From IMG/VR virus record IMGVR_UViG_3300027851_000023, positions 1,331 through 65,330 of that record: a DNA stretch of 64,000 nt. One strand, given 5' to 3'. The stretch comes from a virus. Its lineage: Duplodnaviria; Caudoviricetes. The notes below the pieces were generated by a model. The model was not told where the DNA came from and did no database searches. It saw only the letters and a program-made list of their open reading frames with translations. Position numbers and translations under genes: made by a program. Below, piece after piece: positions 17,598-26,433 of this stretch (its first letter is position 1; each line of letters starts with the position of its first letter).

Positions 17598-17650
17598 GTC
17601 AAGAGAGACTTTCACTTTAATGTTGACGAACCGGATTCGTCGCTTCAATG
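17598..17650. promoter_or_regulatory. Divergent promoters with a central operator
   Basis: Minus-strand TTGACG (17598-17603) and plus-strand TTGACG (17623-17628) flank or overlap TCAC-N7-TTGA at 17612-17626. Confidence 0.6.
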
Positions 17651-17665
17651 TCAGACCACCGCAAC

Positions 17666-18803
17666 CGCCAACCACCGAGGCCGCCGCCCATGTCGCACTT
17701 CACCGTTCTCGTCGTCACCGCCACAGGTTCCAAGGACGACATCACCAAAGCCCTTGCGCCTTTCCATGAGTACGAATGCACAGGGATTGACGACGAGTTC
17801 GTCGTTGACGTCGATCGGACGGCTGATCTCCTGCAGGAGTTCGCCAAAGCTACTGTCATCCGCATGAAGGGGCCCGACGGCACGCTGCACGATCGCTTCG
17901 ACGCTGCTGGCAACTGGAAGACGCAGTTCTCCAAACTGAAGGATGACGGTCGCTTCGTGGATCGTGTGGAGTTCGTGCCGCCTGGCTACGAGCGTGTCGA
18001 GGTGCCGGCAAGCGATGTCATGGCCGCGGCAGACTGGATCAGCGATCACCATGGCTGGCCAATCTCGGGTGAGGAAGCGGTCGGCAACTACGGCTACATC
18101 CAGATTGACGCCCAGCGCAACGTGGTGAAGTGCATTGATCGCACCAATCCGAACGCAAAATGGGACTGGTGGCAGATCGGTGGGCGGTGGGCGAACATGT
18201 TGCGTACGACCGCAGGCAGCACCTGCGACAGCGCCAGAAAACGAGATCTGGCCATGGCCGCTATGCAGGAGGCAGCGCGCCTTGAGCGACTTGCCGCTGT
18301 CCGTCGCGTCTATGCCCGGATCAAGGCAAAGACCGGTGCCAGCGACGAACAGATCACCCGAGACTGGGCAACCTTCACCGCCCTGCGCACGAAACTGTTC
18401 AACGAGTACAACTCAGTTGGCGGCACCGGTATCAAAATCTGGGATTACGCCAAACAGCAAAGCAGCGAGTTCGCGCGTCTTTACGAAGTTGGGATCGTCG
18501 ACATCGGCTTCAACTTCGACAGTGCCCGTGTGCCCGAAGACGAACCTGATCCGTTCGCATGGGTCGAAAAGGCGACGGCTCTCAACACCTTTGCCTTCCT
18601 GGGACTGGATGGCGTTTGGCGCGAGCGTGGCCAGATGGGCTGGTGGGCGTGTGTCTCCGATGAAAAGCAGGCGGGCGACTGGGAGGCTGAATATGCCAAG
18701 GCGCTCGACGAGGTGCCGGAAGATCACTTCCTGACCATCGTCGACTGCCACATCTGACCGCGCCTGAACATTCACGCCAACCACCGAGGCCGCCGCCCAT
18801 GTC
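17666..18803 (+). repeat. 29-bp direct repeat CGCCAACCACCGAGGCCGCCGCCCATGTC
   Basis: Exact copies at 17666-17694 and 18775-18803, each containing an RBS and ATG. Confidence 0.9.
17690..18757 (+). CDS. Conserved-type phage hypothetical protein
   Basis: MSHFTVLV start, NPNAKWDWWQIGGRW, terminal VDCHI. Confidence 0.8.
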   Translation: MSHFTVLVVTATGSKDDITKALAPFHEYECTGIDDEFVVDVDRTADLLQEFAKATVIRMKGPDGTLHDRFDAAGNWKTQFSKLKDDGRFVDRVEFVPPGYERVEVPASDVMAAADWISDHHGWPISGEEAVGNYGYIQIDAQRNVVKCIDRTNPNAKWDWWQIGGRWANMLRTTAGSTCDSARKRDLAMAAMQEAARLERLAAVRRVYARIKAKTGASDEQITRDWATFTALRTKLFNEYNSVGGTGIKIWDYAKQQSSEFARLYEVGIVDIGFNFDSARVPEDEPDPFAWVEKATALNTFAFLGLDGVWRERGQMGWWACVSDEKQAGDWEAEYAKALDEVPEDHFLTIVDCHI

Positions 18804-19443
18804 CGACAAAGAGCAAATCGTCATCACCGTCTCTGGCCCCCAGGGGCCGGCAAGATCGGAAATGACCAAGGACATCTTGGTAGGGCTTCACCGACTGGCC
18901 AAAGGGCGCGATACCCTATTCAGGCTCCATCGTGACTTTCAGCACCAGCGTCACGCGTTCCAGGCGGTCGATGGGGCCGCAGGTGGACTGGAGATCGGCT
19001 TGGTGCTTCGACAATCCGCCCGACGCCCAGGTTTCCCACTGGTCCTGCGCACGCAGAACGAAACCCCGAGCCCTCCGCAACCGAACACCTGCGACCAAGG
19101 CAAGGTCACGATCAGTCCGCACTCCGTTCGGAGCGGCGACAGGGTGCGCATCGTCGTCGAGGGCACAGCCGAGCGATACATGGACCAAGACTTTGTCACG
19201 ATCGACGGCTGGTCCCTCCCGCTGTCGGGACAGAAATGGGGCGGTGAAATCGAACTGCTACACCGCCCCGCAAAGCCGCTCGGCCCCGGCGAACGCGTGG
19301 GCTGGTCGAAGATGCCGCCGAACACCATCGGCCGCATCATCTGGGTCGACCAGGAAACGAACGAAGCCTGGGTCCGCTGGGAGAATGAGAACAACCCGCG
19401 CGACTACAGCACAGTCAAAGTCGCCGATCTTCATCGCGCCTGA
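18799..19443 (+). CDS. Hypothetical protein
   Basis: GAGG RBS within the repeat; flanked by direct repeats. Confidence 0.7.
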   Translation: MSDKEQIVITVSGPQGPARSEMTKDILVGLHRLAKGRDTLFRLHRDFQHQRHAFQAVDGAAGGLEIGLVLRQSARRPGFPLVLRTQNETPSPPQPNTCDQGKVTISPHSVRSGDRVRIVVEGTAERYMDQDFVTIDGWSLPLSGQKWGGEIELLHRPAKPLGPGERVGWSKMPPNTIGRIIWVDQETNEAWVRWENENNPRDYSTVKVADLHRA

Positions 19444-19458
19444 ATATTCACGCCAAAC

Positions 19459-20076
19459 GTGACAACCCCTTTCAAGGATTCAATGATGACCCGGATCAAC
19501 GGCGAAATGATCGCCCAACTCTGTGCTGACGTTCATGCCGACAATGTTGCCGCCGGTTGGTGGTCGGACTTGTCGACGGGCAAGCGCATCGATCGCAACG
19601 TCGGCGAACTGCTGATGCTGATCGTGTCGGAAATCTGCGAGGGCGCAGAGGGCCTGTCCGGCAACCTGATGGACGACAAACTGCCCCATCGGAAGATGAT
19701 CGAGGTCGAACTGGCGGACTTCGCTATCCGGCTGTTCGACCTGGGTGGTGGCCTCGACCTGGCGACAGGCATATCGGAGCAGTTCGACAACATCTGTGCT
19801 GGCGATGCCGTCACCGAGGCGTTTGGCTATTATGGCAGTCAGGGAATCCTGCTGCGCATGATCCGCTTCGTCAGCGCGGCCATGGAACACCACCGGAAGG
19901 GTCGAACGGCCGAGATGTGCCGCCCCCTGGCCATGGCGCTGCACGGAGCCGTACTGCTCGGCAGCACCTTTGATCTGCACATCATGGACGCCGTCGCTGA
20001 GAAGCGCGCGTTCAACGCCATCCGTGAGGATCACAAGAAGGAAGTCCGGCAGCTGGCGGGCGGGAAAAGCTATTGA
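19459..20076 (+). CDS. MazG-like NTP pyrophosphohydrolase
   Basis: LMLIVSEICE..EG...DDKLPHR...EVELAD..IR..D, EK..FN..R.DH. Confidence 0.75.
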   Translation: MTTPFKDSMMTRINGEMIAQLCADVHADNVAAGWWSDLSTGKRIDRNVGELLMLIVSEICEGAEGLSGNLMDDKLPHRKMIEVELADFAIRLFDLGGGLDLATGISEQFDNICAGDAVTEAFGYYGSQGILLRMIRFVSAAMEHHRKGRTAEMCRPLAMALHGAVLLGSTFDLHIMDAVAEKRAFNAIREDHKKEVRQLAGGKSY

Positions 20077-20378
20077 TGGCCCGGCAATCCATCATTCGCA
20101 GCGACAGCATCGACTATTCGTTCTGGCTGATCTTCAGCGCCGACGGACAGATGCGTTTCACCAGGGGCGAGCCGACGGCCAATCGCGGCGAGCGCAAGAT
20201 GAAGTGCTCTGCTGTGCTGCCCAAGTCGCTGTTCAAGACGCCCGAACTCAAGGCCACGATCTCGGTCGGCGACGTCGGTGCGCATACTTTCAACATCGAC
20301 GTGAATGCCGTCTCCGAAGCCCTGCGGGCAACGATCGGCTGCGACATCGACCTGCGCGTGGAAAGGCCGGACGAATGA
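20073..20378 (+). CDS. Hypothetical protein
   Basis: Overlap-coupled ORF. Confidence 0.65.
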   Translation: MMARQSIIRSDSIDYSFWLIFSADGQMRFTRGEPTANRGERKMKCSAVLPKSLFKTPELKATISVGDVGAHTFNIDVNAVSEALRATIGCDIDLRVERPDE

Positions 20379-20710
20379 GCAAGGGAACCTGCGATCACCC
20401 CGGCTGCACAGATGACGCGACGGAGGAAGACATGACTACCGGACGAGAGTCCTGTCCTGCGCACCACGTCACCCCTGACCAGATCCGCGCGATCCCGCTG
20501 CCGCCGTCGACCGACATCAATGCCTGGATCGACGCCGAGATCAGCAAGGCTGCGCGGGGAACCAGTATAGTCAGTCGGAGTGATGCTGGCGAGATTGCCC
20601 GCGGTGCCGCCCTGACCGTCATTGCCGACGTCGACACGCTGATCAAGAACCTTCGGCGCATCGGTTACACGGTCCTCGAGCCACTGAGCGGACAGGACGA
20701 ACTGCGATGA
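20375..20710 (+). CDS. Hypothetical protein with N-terminal C/H motif
   Basis: ATGA-coupled start; CDHPGC...CPAH. Confidence 0.6.
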   Translation: MSKGTCDHPGCTDDATEEDMTTGRESCPAHHVTPDQIRAIPLPPSTDINAWIDAEISKAARGTSIVSRSDAGEIARGAALTVIADVDTLIKNLRRIGYTVLEPLSGQDELR

Positions 20711-21063
20711 GGTACGGCCCCGGCGTTCCGTTCTCCAACCAAGGGGTCTTTCCAGCCACGTCCGGCCGAGCCGACACCGCTGCATTCGGTGGTCCGTTCG
20801 GAGCGGTCACCGTGTTCGATATCGGTGCCGGCATGATGCGGGCGAACGAAAACTATCGCGGGCACCACCAGGACGTCTTCGGTCGCTTCCGAAATCGCGA
20901 TGACCGGCCGCCCGGCAAGTCCGTAACCGCCAAGCTGCTCGGCGACCCGGCTCCTGATCGTGTCGTGCCCGAGATCCCCGAAGAAACCGGATCGGGCTGC
21001 CGCAGGCCGTCCCCCATTCATCTGACGTTCCGCGAGATGCGGGCGGCGCACGGAGAAGACTGA
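20707..21063 (+). CDS. Hypothetical protein
   Basis: ATGA-coupled; TAKLLGDPAPDR motif. Confidence 0.6.
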   Translation: MRYGPGVPFSNQGVFPATSGRADTAAFGGPFGAVTVFDIGAGMMRANENYRGHHQDVFGRFRNRDDRPPGKSVTAKLLGDPAPDRVVPEIPEETGSGCRRPSPIHLTFREMRAAHGED

Positions 21064-21251
21064 TGTCGCAGACGACACCAAAACTATCAGCGAAAGCGAA
21101 GGGTCTAGTGACCCGAGCCATCAATGGCGGTGCAAATCTAACCTGGAAGGGTTCACAGCACCCCGACGACTGGGCTCACATCGAACGGCAGGCCGAGCAG
21201 ACACGCGCCAAACTGGAAGAGTACATCGCCGGTCTGGAAGCAACCCGATGA
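21063..21251 (+). CDS. Hypothetical protein
   Basis: Coupled at both ends; GGAG RBS. Confidence 0.6.
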   Translation: MSQTTPKLSAKAKGLVTRAINGGANLTWKGSQHPDDWAHIERQAEQTRAKLEEYIAGLEATR

Positions 21252-22660
21252 TCGCCGCTCACCCTGCCTTGAGCAGTCACCCGGAGCAGCAGTATCTCGA
21301 CCTGCTCCGTACTTTGCTAACCTCGACGGATCGCCCGGATCGCACCGGGACGGGCGTGCGCGGCATCTTCGACTACCGGATGGAGTTCGACCTGGCGCAC
21401 GGCTTCCCGCTGCTGACCACGAAGAAACAGTTCTTCAGGGGAATGGTTACCGAAATTCTGTGGTTTATATCTGGATCAACAGACGTTCGGGTTCTCCAAG
21501 AACAGCGCGTCAACTTCTGGGATTCGTGGCAGGGCGACGATGGTACGATCGGCTATGGTTACGGCAAGCAAATGCGGAATCAAGAGTTTTGGACCGCTCT
21601 GACGCCCAAGGTATACGAGCCTGAACCATGGGACGATGTTGTCGAGGTTCGTTCCGTGTATGGTGTTGGCTACTACGGGTGCGACGATAAGAAAGATCCG
21701 TTCTACCAAATCCTCGTTGACACTTGGCGCCAGATGCTGCGTCGTTGTTACGACTCTACGTCGCTTTCATTTAACGCCGGATATGGTGCGAACGGTGTCC
21801 ATGTGGATAACCGCTGGCATTGCTTTGCAAACTTTCAATCCGACGCCCGGAAGTTGCCGAACTGGCCGCTGAAGGCAGAGTTTCCCAGTCAGTATTCGAT
21901 CGACAAGGACACCCTCTGGGCCTCCAACCGCTATGCTCCGCACACTGTGATGTGGGCGTGTGATCAAACACAGAACGCCAACCGCTGCAATACGGCGTTT
22001 TTCACTGCTGTCGATCCTGCCGGAAACACCAAGTGGATGACCTCAATAGGAAGTACGAAACGAGACTATGACTTAAACGTCAGTGCCGTACATCGCTGTC
22101 TCAATGGGAAACTACGCACTCACCATGGATGGTCGGACTTCCAGTATATCGAATGTCCGCCAGGGCAGGTTCTGCGCTACATGCGCGTCGACCAGTTGCT
22201 AAATCTGTTCTGCGGATTGAAGCACGAGCCGTTCGGTCGCCGCCACATCATGACGCTTTGGAACCCCGGCGACCTTGGTCGCACTACGCTCCCGCCCTGC
22301 CACGGTAGCTTGGTTCAGTTCTACGTTGAGAACGATGGTCGCCTGAGCCTGAAGATGAATCAGCGCAGCGCTGACGCGTTTCTGGGCCTACCGGTAAACA
22401 TCGCCAGTTACGCCCTGCTGCTGACCATGTTCGCCAGTGCGCTCGATCGTCAACCTGGCCGGTTCATCTGGGATGGCGGCGACGTGCATCTCTACTCGAA
22501 CCATGTCGAGCAGGCCCAGGAGCAGGTCTCGCGTGTGCCGAGGCCCTTCCCGCAGCTGGCGGTCGCCAAGCGTCTCGATTTGGACTCCTGGTCGATCGGC
22601 GACTTCACCGTCACCGGTTATGAGCCCCACCCACATATCGCGGGAGATGTGGCCCGATGA
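21248..22660 (+). CDS. thyA: Thymidylate synthase with an in-frame HNH-type endonuclease insert
   Basis: DRTGTG, FPLLTTK, EILWF, LPPCH, QRSADAFLGLPVNIASY, DVHLYSNH; about 200 extra aa between YGKQMR and VDQL. Confidence 0.92.
   Translation: MIAAHPALSSHPEQQYLDLLRTLLTSTDRPDRTGTGVRGIFDYRMEFDLAHGFPLLTTKKQFFRGMVTEILWFISGSTDVRVLQEQRVNFWDSWQGDDGTIGYGYGKQMRNQEFWTALTPKVYEPEPWDDVVEVRSVYGVGYYGCDDKKDPFYQILVDTWRQMLRRCYDSTSLSFNAGYGANGVHVDNRWHCFANFQSDARKLPNWPLKAEFPSQYSIDKDTLWASNRYAPHTVMWACDQTQNANRCNTAFFTAVDPAGNTKWMTSIGSTKRDYDLNVSAVHRCLNGKLRTHHGWSDFQYIECPPGQVLRYMRVDQLLNLFCGLKHEPFGRRHIMTLWNPGDLGRTTLPPCHGSLVQFYVENDGRLSLKMNQRSADAFLGLPVNIASYALLLTMFASALDRQPGRFIWDGGDVHLYSNHVEQAQEQVSRVPRPFPQLAVAKRLDLDSWSIGDFTVTGYEPHPHIAGDVAR
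21581..22186 (+). mobile_element. HNH-like homing endonuclease domain with C-terminal HTH inside thyA
   Basis: WRQMLRRCY...YG..GV.V..RW..F.NF..D...YSIDKD...YAP...W...Q..NR, then AVHRCLNGKLRTHHGW; visibly lower GC. Confidence 0.75.
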
Positions 22661-22986
22661 GCGACCTGGACAAGTCCGTCGCTCTGCTCACCGATCCGAA
22701 GACGTGGCGGATTCTGGGCTATCTGACGCCGTATCCTGACCATGCCGTACCCACAGCGCGCCTGAACCAGGCCATGGGTCTGACGTCGATCAAGACCGAG
22801 ACGCAGCGGACCCGATTGTTCCTTCGGCGGATGGCCGCCGAGGGACTGGTGGAGGGCGCGGCGGACATGGCCGGTGCCGTTCGCCGCTGGAAGATCACCG
22901 ACAAGGGACGCGATCTGGTTCGCAGTGTCAGTGAGCGTGAGCGAAAGCCACAACCGTTTAGGTTATCAGCGAAAAAAGCACGTTGA
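22657..22986 (+). CDS. Winged-helix-like protein
   Basis: LRRMAAEGLVE...RWKITDKGR wing pattern. Confidence 0.6.
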   Translation: MSDLDKSVALLTDPKTWRILGYLTPYPDHAVPTARLNQAMGLTSIKTETQRTRLFLRRMAAEGLVEGAADMAGAVRRWKITDKGRDLVRSVSERERKPQPFRLSAKKAR

Positions 22987-23042
22987 CGGCGACTAACTTT
23001 CACGTCAAAGGTGACAAACAAACCGCCCAGAGAAAAGTCACC

Positions 23043-23330
23043 ATGCCCGTCCCCCTCACGACCACCGAGGCCCGGATCGTCGAACGTCTGCGTGACGGCC
23101 CCTGTGACACTGACGTGTTGCAGGCGGCCGCGGGCATCACAAGTCGAAAGTCGCTGCACGTCATGGTCCACCGCATCAACACCAAGGGCTTCACAGTCAA
23201 GTGTCAGAAGCGCTGGGCCCATGGGTCGGTCGGCAGCAACACCGGCCAATATCACCTGGTCACAGATCCCGAGCCGCCGTTTGTCGGCGACTATCTTTCA
23301 ATGGCCCGATCGATGGGAGCCGCAGCATGA
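23043..23330 (+). CDS. Stand-alone winged-HTH protein
   Basis: LTTTEARIVERL...SLHVMVHRINTK...YHL resembles an OmpR-type DNA-binding domain; preceded by TTGACG and an operator. Confidence 0.6.
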   Translation: MPVPLTTTEARIVERLRDGPCDTDVLQAAAGITSRKSLHVMVHRINTKGFTVKCQKRWAHGSVGSNTGQYHLVTDPEPPFVGDYLSMARSMGAAA

Positions 23331-23530
23331 ATGAGACCCTGAAACTGCGTGATCCCGCATCGCCTGAGGACGGTTTCGACTTCACAGCGATCGGTGCCGG
23401 CGAGGTCTACATCATCGCTCGAGACACCGGTAGCGCGGTTGGCGAGGGCCCCATTTCTCGCACCCAGGTCGACCAACTGCGGGACTTTCTGAACGCCGTC
23501 GCGCCGCAAAACGCAGGAGAGAAGGCATGA
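23327..23530 (+). CDS. Hypothetical protein
   Basis: GGGAG RBS, ATGA coupling. Confidence 0.6.
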   Translation: MNETLKLRDPASPEDGFDFTAIGAGEVYIIARDTGSAVGEGPISRTQVDQLRDFLNAVAPQNAGEKA

Positions 23531-23718
23531 CCGAACAAGAATTCTGCGCGCGCTTCGTCACTGAAATGATGACCGCCGCGCCCATTTACGACGGCTCGCC
23601 AGCCGAGTTGCGGGCCTATGCCAACGCGGTCGCGCCGACGTATTGGGCCGAGGAAGACCAGCGCGAGGAAGGCCCCGAAGCCTGCGCTCAGTCCGACATC
23701 GGCTATTGGGAGGATTGA
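23527..23718 (+). CDS. Hypothetical acidic protein
   Basis: RBS and coupling. Confidence 0.65.
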   Translation: MTEQEFCARFVTEMMTAAPIYDGSPAELRAYANAVAPTYWAEEDQREEGPEACAQSDIGYWED

Positions 23719-23721
23719 GGC

Positions 23722-24243
23722 ATGACCGACACGAACAATGGCGGGGGTGATCACACGGCCTCTGGATCGGTGGATGATTTGGCCCACGAACTGGTGGGCT
23801 TGGCGCAGCTTCTCTCGATTGAGAAGGGTCCGAACTACCTGGGGCGGGTCGGCTTTCTGAACCGGGCGGCGGGCCAGGTCACAGCGCTTCGTGCCGCCCT
23901 CCAGCCCCACCCCAGCCAGCAGGCCGGGCCTTCTACCATCAAAGACGGTGACGCTTCAGACGCTGAAATGGGCCAAGCCTGCCGCAAGTTCAATATCGGC
24001 ACACCGGAACGGCTAGCGGAAGTGATGGCCTCTCGGACCAGCCAGCAGGCCGGGACGGAGGGGGCGCGAGAGATCGCGGCGCGCGCTGTTTATGCCTCTC
24101 GACCGGCTCGCTGGCTATACCCCGAGGAGCGGAACATTTCGTGGGACGAGGCCCAAACCGAATGTCCCGACCGGATTGCCACGATCTACCGTGACGTGGA
24201 CGCCATCCTCACCGCCCTCTCCCCCAAGACGGGGGAAGGGTGA
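23722..24243 (+). CDS. Hypothetical mosaic protein
   Basis: Internal 17-bp repeat CCAGCCAGCAGGCCGGG at 23912 and 24038. Confidence 0.6.
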   Translation: MTDTNNGGGDHTASGSVDDLAHELVGLAQLLSIEKGPNYLGRVGFLNRAAGQVTALRAALQPHPSQQAGPSTIKDGDASDAEMGQACRKFNIGTPERLAEVMASRTSQQAGTEGAREIAARAVYASRPARWLYPEERNISWDEAQTECPDRIATIYRDVDAILTALSPKTGEG

Positions 24244-24392
24244 TGGGCTGGGCAATCTATCTCGTGGTGGGCGTGGCCCTGTCCTTCGTGTTCGAGCCTG
24301 AAGATGAGGACCGATCTGTTGGATGGGTCTGCGCTATGGCAATGTTCTGGCCTCTCGCCCTTTTTGTCGCCCTCATGAGAGTTCGACTGTGA
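24243..24392 (+). CDS. Small membrane protein (49 aa)
   Basis: MGWAIYLVVGVALSFVF...FWPLALFVALMRVRL; coupled at both ends; below ORF-track cutoff. Confidence 0.6.
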   Translation: MGWAIYLVVGVALSFVFEPEDEDRSVGWVCAMAMFWPLALFVALMRVRL

Positions 24393-24844
24393 CCGCCCCC
24401 CAGGAACCGACCGCCGGGGAGATCGTCCGCGACTGGCTGGACATGGCGGAACGAGCGCCCGTCACGTCGTGCAAGGTATTGCGACACCCTCCTATATGCC
24501 AGTCTGAGATCGACGCCATCCGGTCCCTCGTCGAGAGCCGCGCCCCTGCGTCTGTCGCAGCGGAGGGGGAGGCTGTGGCGTGGCGTTATCGCCAACGGAA
24601 CCCAGACATGCCGGGTTGGTCGGTCACGATGGACCAGAGCATTTCTTCATGGCCCAACCTGATCGTCGAGCCTCTCTACGCCCATCCCGCAAGGATGCCG
24701 ACGCGGCAACAGGTCCAACTGAAAATCCATGAGTGGATACGGGACCGGACGACGACGTCGCTCAAGTCTGCGATCACGCCCGACCAAATCGACCCGCTCG
24801 CAGACATGATGATCGCCCTATTCACCGACACAAGGGGGGCGTGA
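24389..24844 (+). CDS. Hypothetical protein
   Basis: GTGA-coupled; EAVAWRY...EPLYA motif common in phage accessory genes. Confidence 0.6.
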   Translation: MTAPQEPTAGEIVRDWLDMAERAPVTSCKVLRHPPICQSEIDAIRSLVESRAPASVAAEGEAVAWRYRQRNPDMPGWSVTMDQSISSWPNLIVEPLYAHPARMPTRQQVQLKIHEWIRDRTTTSLKSAITPDQIDPLADMMIALFTDTRGA

Positions 24845-24846
24845 GC

Positions 24847-25203
24847 ATGGCAGAGATATTCGTCTTCGGCTCGAACCTGGCCGGTCGCCACGGCAAGGGC
24901 GCGGCCCTGTTCGCCCGTCAGAACCACGGCGCGATCTATGGCTGTGGCGAGGGCAGGCAGGGCAATAGATACGGCATTCCAACCAAAGGCTTCCGCTTGG
25001 AAGTGTTAACTCTGGAACAGATCGACCGGCACGTTGCGTCGTTCTTAGAACACGCCCGTCTGTCGCCATCTGACACCTTCCGCGTGACCCCGATTGGCTG
25101 CGGCCTCGCGGGATACAAGCCGCATCAGATCGCGCCGATGTTCGCCGGGTCGCCAGAGAACGTGATCCTTCCGTCCGAGTTCAAGGACCACCCCCATGAA
25201 TAG
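24847..25203 (+). CDS. A1S_2505-family / macro-like phage protein
   Basis: IFVFGSNLAGRHGKGAA, YGIPTK, VTPIGCGLAGY. Confidence 0.75.
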   Translation: MAEIFVFGSNLAGRHGKGAALFARQNHGAIYGCGEGRQGNRYGIPTKGFRLEVLTLEQIDRHVASFLEHARLSPSDTFRVTPIGCGLAGYKPHQIAPMFAGSPENVILPSEFKDHPHE

Positions 25204-25945
25204 CCCGGTTCCTATGACCCACTCACTGATCAACACAGGTGCCGGCTGGACCTGCATCAACTGCAAGCGCGCCTGGGACCAGGGCGAAAGCCCGCCCGAG
25301 CATTGTGTGTCTGACGACTATCCGTTCAACGCCGAGGAAGTCGGGGTTCGGGCCATATTCGACGGTGAGCGAGTGCCGCCTCATTTCGTCAATGTGTCGA
25401 TCACCGGCCCACTGGACGACGATCCTGACTGTCAGATACGCTTCTTTCCGTTCGAGCCTGCCGAGATGACCAATCTTCGACTGCCGGATACACCTGAAAT
25501 GCGAAACTATCTCGACGCCATCGATCGGTATCGCGGCACGCTGCCGATGCCCAAGACGGCACAGGTCGGCGGCCGGCACTATTCGGACCTGGCCATCCAG
25601 CCGACCGAGTTCTGCATGAAGAACGGGCTCGACTTCTGCATCGGATCGACGCTGAAGTATCTGACCCGCTGGCGAGCCAAGAACGGCGTCGAGGATCTGC
25701 GCAAGGCCCGTCACTTCGTCGAGATCAGGGAGTCGCATTGGCAGGAAATCCAGCCCGTCGGCAGGATCAGAATCACGATGCTCGAGTATGTCACGCGCAA
25801 CCGGATTCGCCCGGACGATGCGGAGGCCCTGTACCGCCTGGAAGCCTACTACAACGCCGCGGCCTCGCCGGGCACCGCTGCCCACGGTGTCGGCCCGAAG
25901 CGATTGATCGGGGAAATCGACAATCTGATCGCCCGCGCCGCTTGA
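25196..25945 (+). CDS. DUF3310 domain protein
   Basis: QVGGRHY...IQP.EF...KYLTRWRAKNGVEDLRKA. Confidence 0.8.
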   Translation: MNSPVPMTHSLINTGAGWTCINCKRAWDQGESPPEHCVSDDYPFNAEEVGVRAIFDGERVPPHFVNVSITGPLDDDPDCQIRFFPFEPAEMTNLRLPDTPEMRNYLDAIDRYRGTLPMPKTAQVGGRHYSDLAIQPTEFCMKNGLDFCIGSTLKYLTRWRAKNGVEDLRKARHFVEIRESHWQEIQPVGRIRITMLEYVTRNRIRPDDAEALYRLEAYYNAAASPGTAAHGVGPKRLIGEIDNLIARAA

Positions 25946-26000
25946 CACCCCATACTTTCACTTTCAATGTGTGTTTCACACTCTCTTAGGAATCACCGCC

Positions 26001-26288
26001 ATGACGAAACGCGCTTTCTTCCGCCGTCGCAAGAACGGCCCGAACAACGACAACATCTTCGGCCTGCGCGGTCTGCAGAATCTGTTCCGCCGCGGCGCTG
26101 CCGGACGGATTCCCGCCGAGGATTTCGCCCGTATCCGGGCCGGCGTGCCTGCTCGTCGAGATACCGGACACCATCCGGGCGAGACCGGTCGTCAGCTGGC
26201 GCAGCGTCTGCGCGCCCAGGCGACCACCGAGACCCCGGTCGAAGCGCCCAAGCGCGTCCGCAAGTCCCGCGCCAAGGTCGCCGCCTGA
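26001..26288 (+). CDS. Basic hypothetical protein
   Basis: AGGA RBS; follows TTGACA and an operator; Arg/Lys-rich. Confidence 0.65.
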   Translation: MTKRAFFRRRKNGPNNDNIFGLRGLQNLFRRGAAGRIPAEDFARIRAGVPARRDTGHHPGETGRQLAQRLRAQATTETPVEAPKRVRKSRAKVAA

Positions 26289-26433
26289 TGCCGGTGTTCA
26301 GCAGCCGCGCTCGGTTGATGACCTCCACGTCACCCCTGGCCTTGGCAGGGCGGGGCATCGGTGGCTCGAACTACGTCGAGTTCCAGTTTCCGCCTATGGC
26401 CATTCTGCCAACCTGGTTCGAGGAAAGCGTGCC

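Noticed and set aside
17208-17867. 219-aa ORF across the divergent control region
   Set aside because: Low-complexity translation crossing promoters and a terminator; the real gene starts at 17690 after the repeated RBS.
21581-22186. Intein or group I intron in thyA
   Set aside because: No splice-junction residues and no visible non-coding core; kept as an in-frame HNH fusion pending an HMM check.
23912-24054. 17-bp repeat within a hypothetical gene as a mobile-element boundary
   Set aside because: In-frame SQQAG linker duplication, typical of mosaic accessory genes; no element features.
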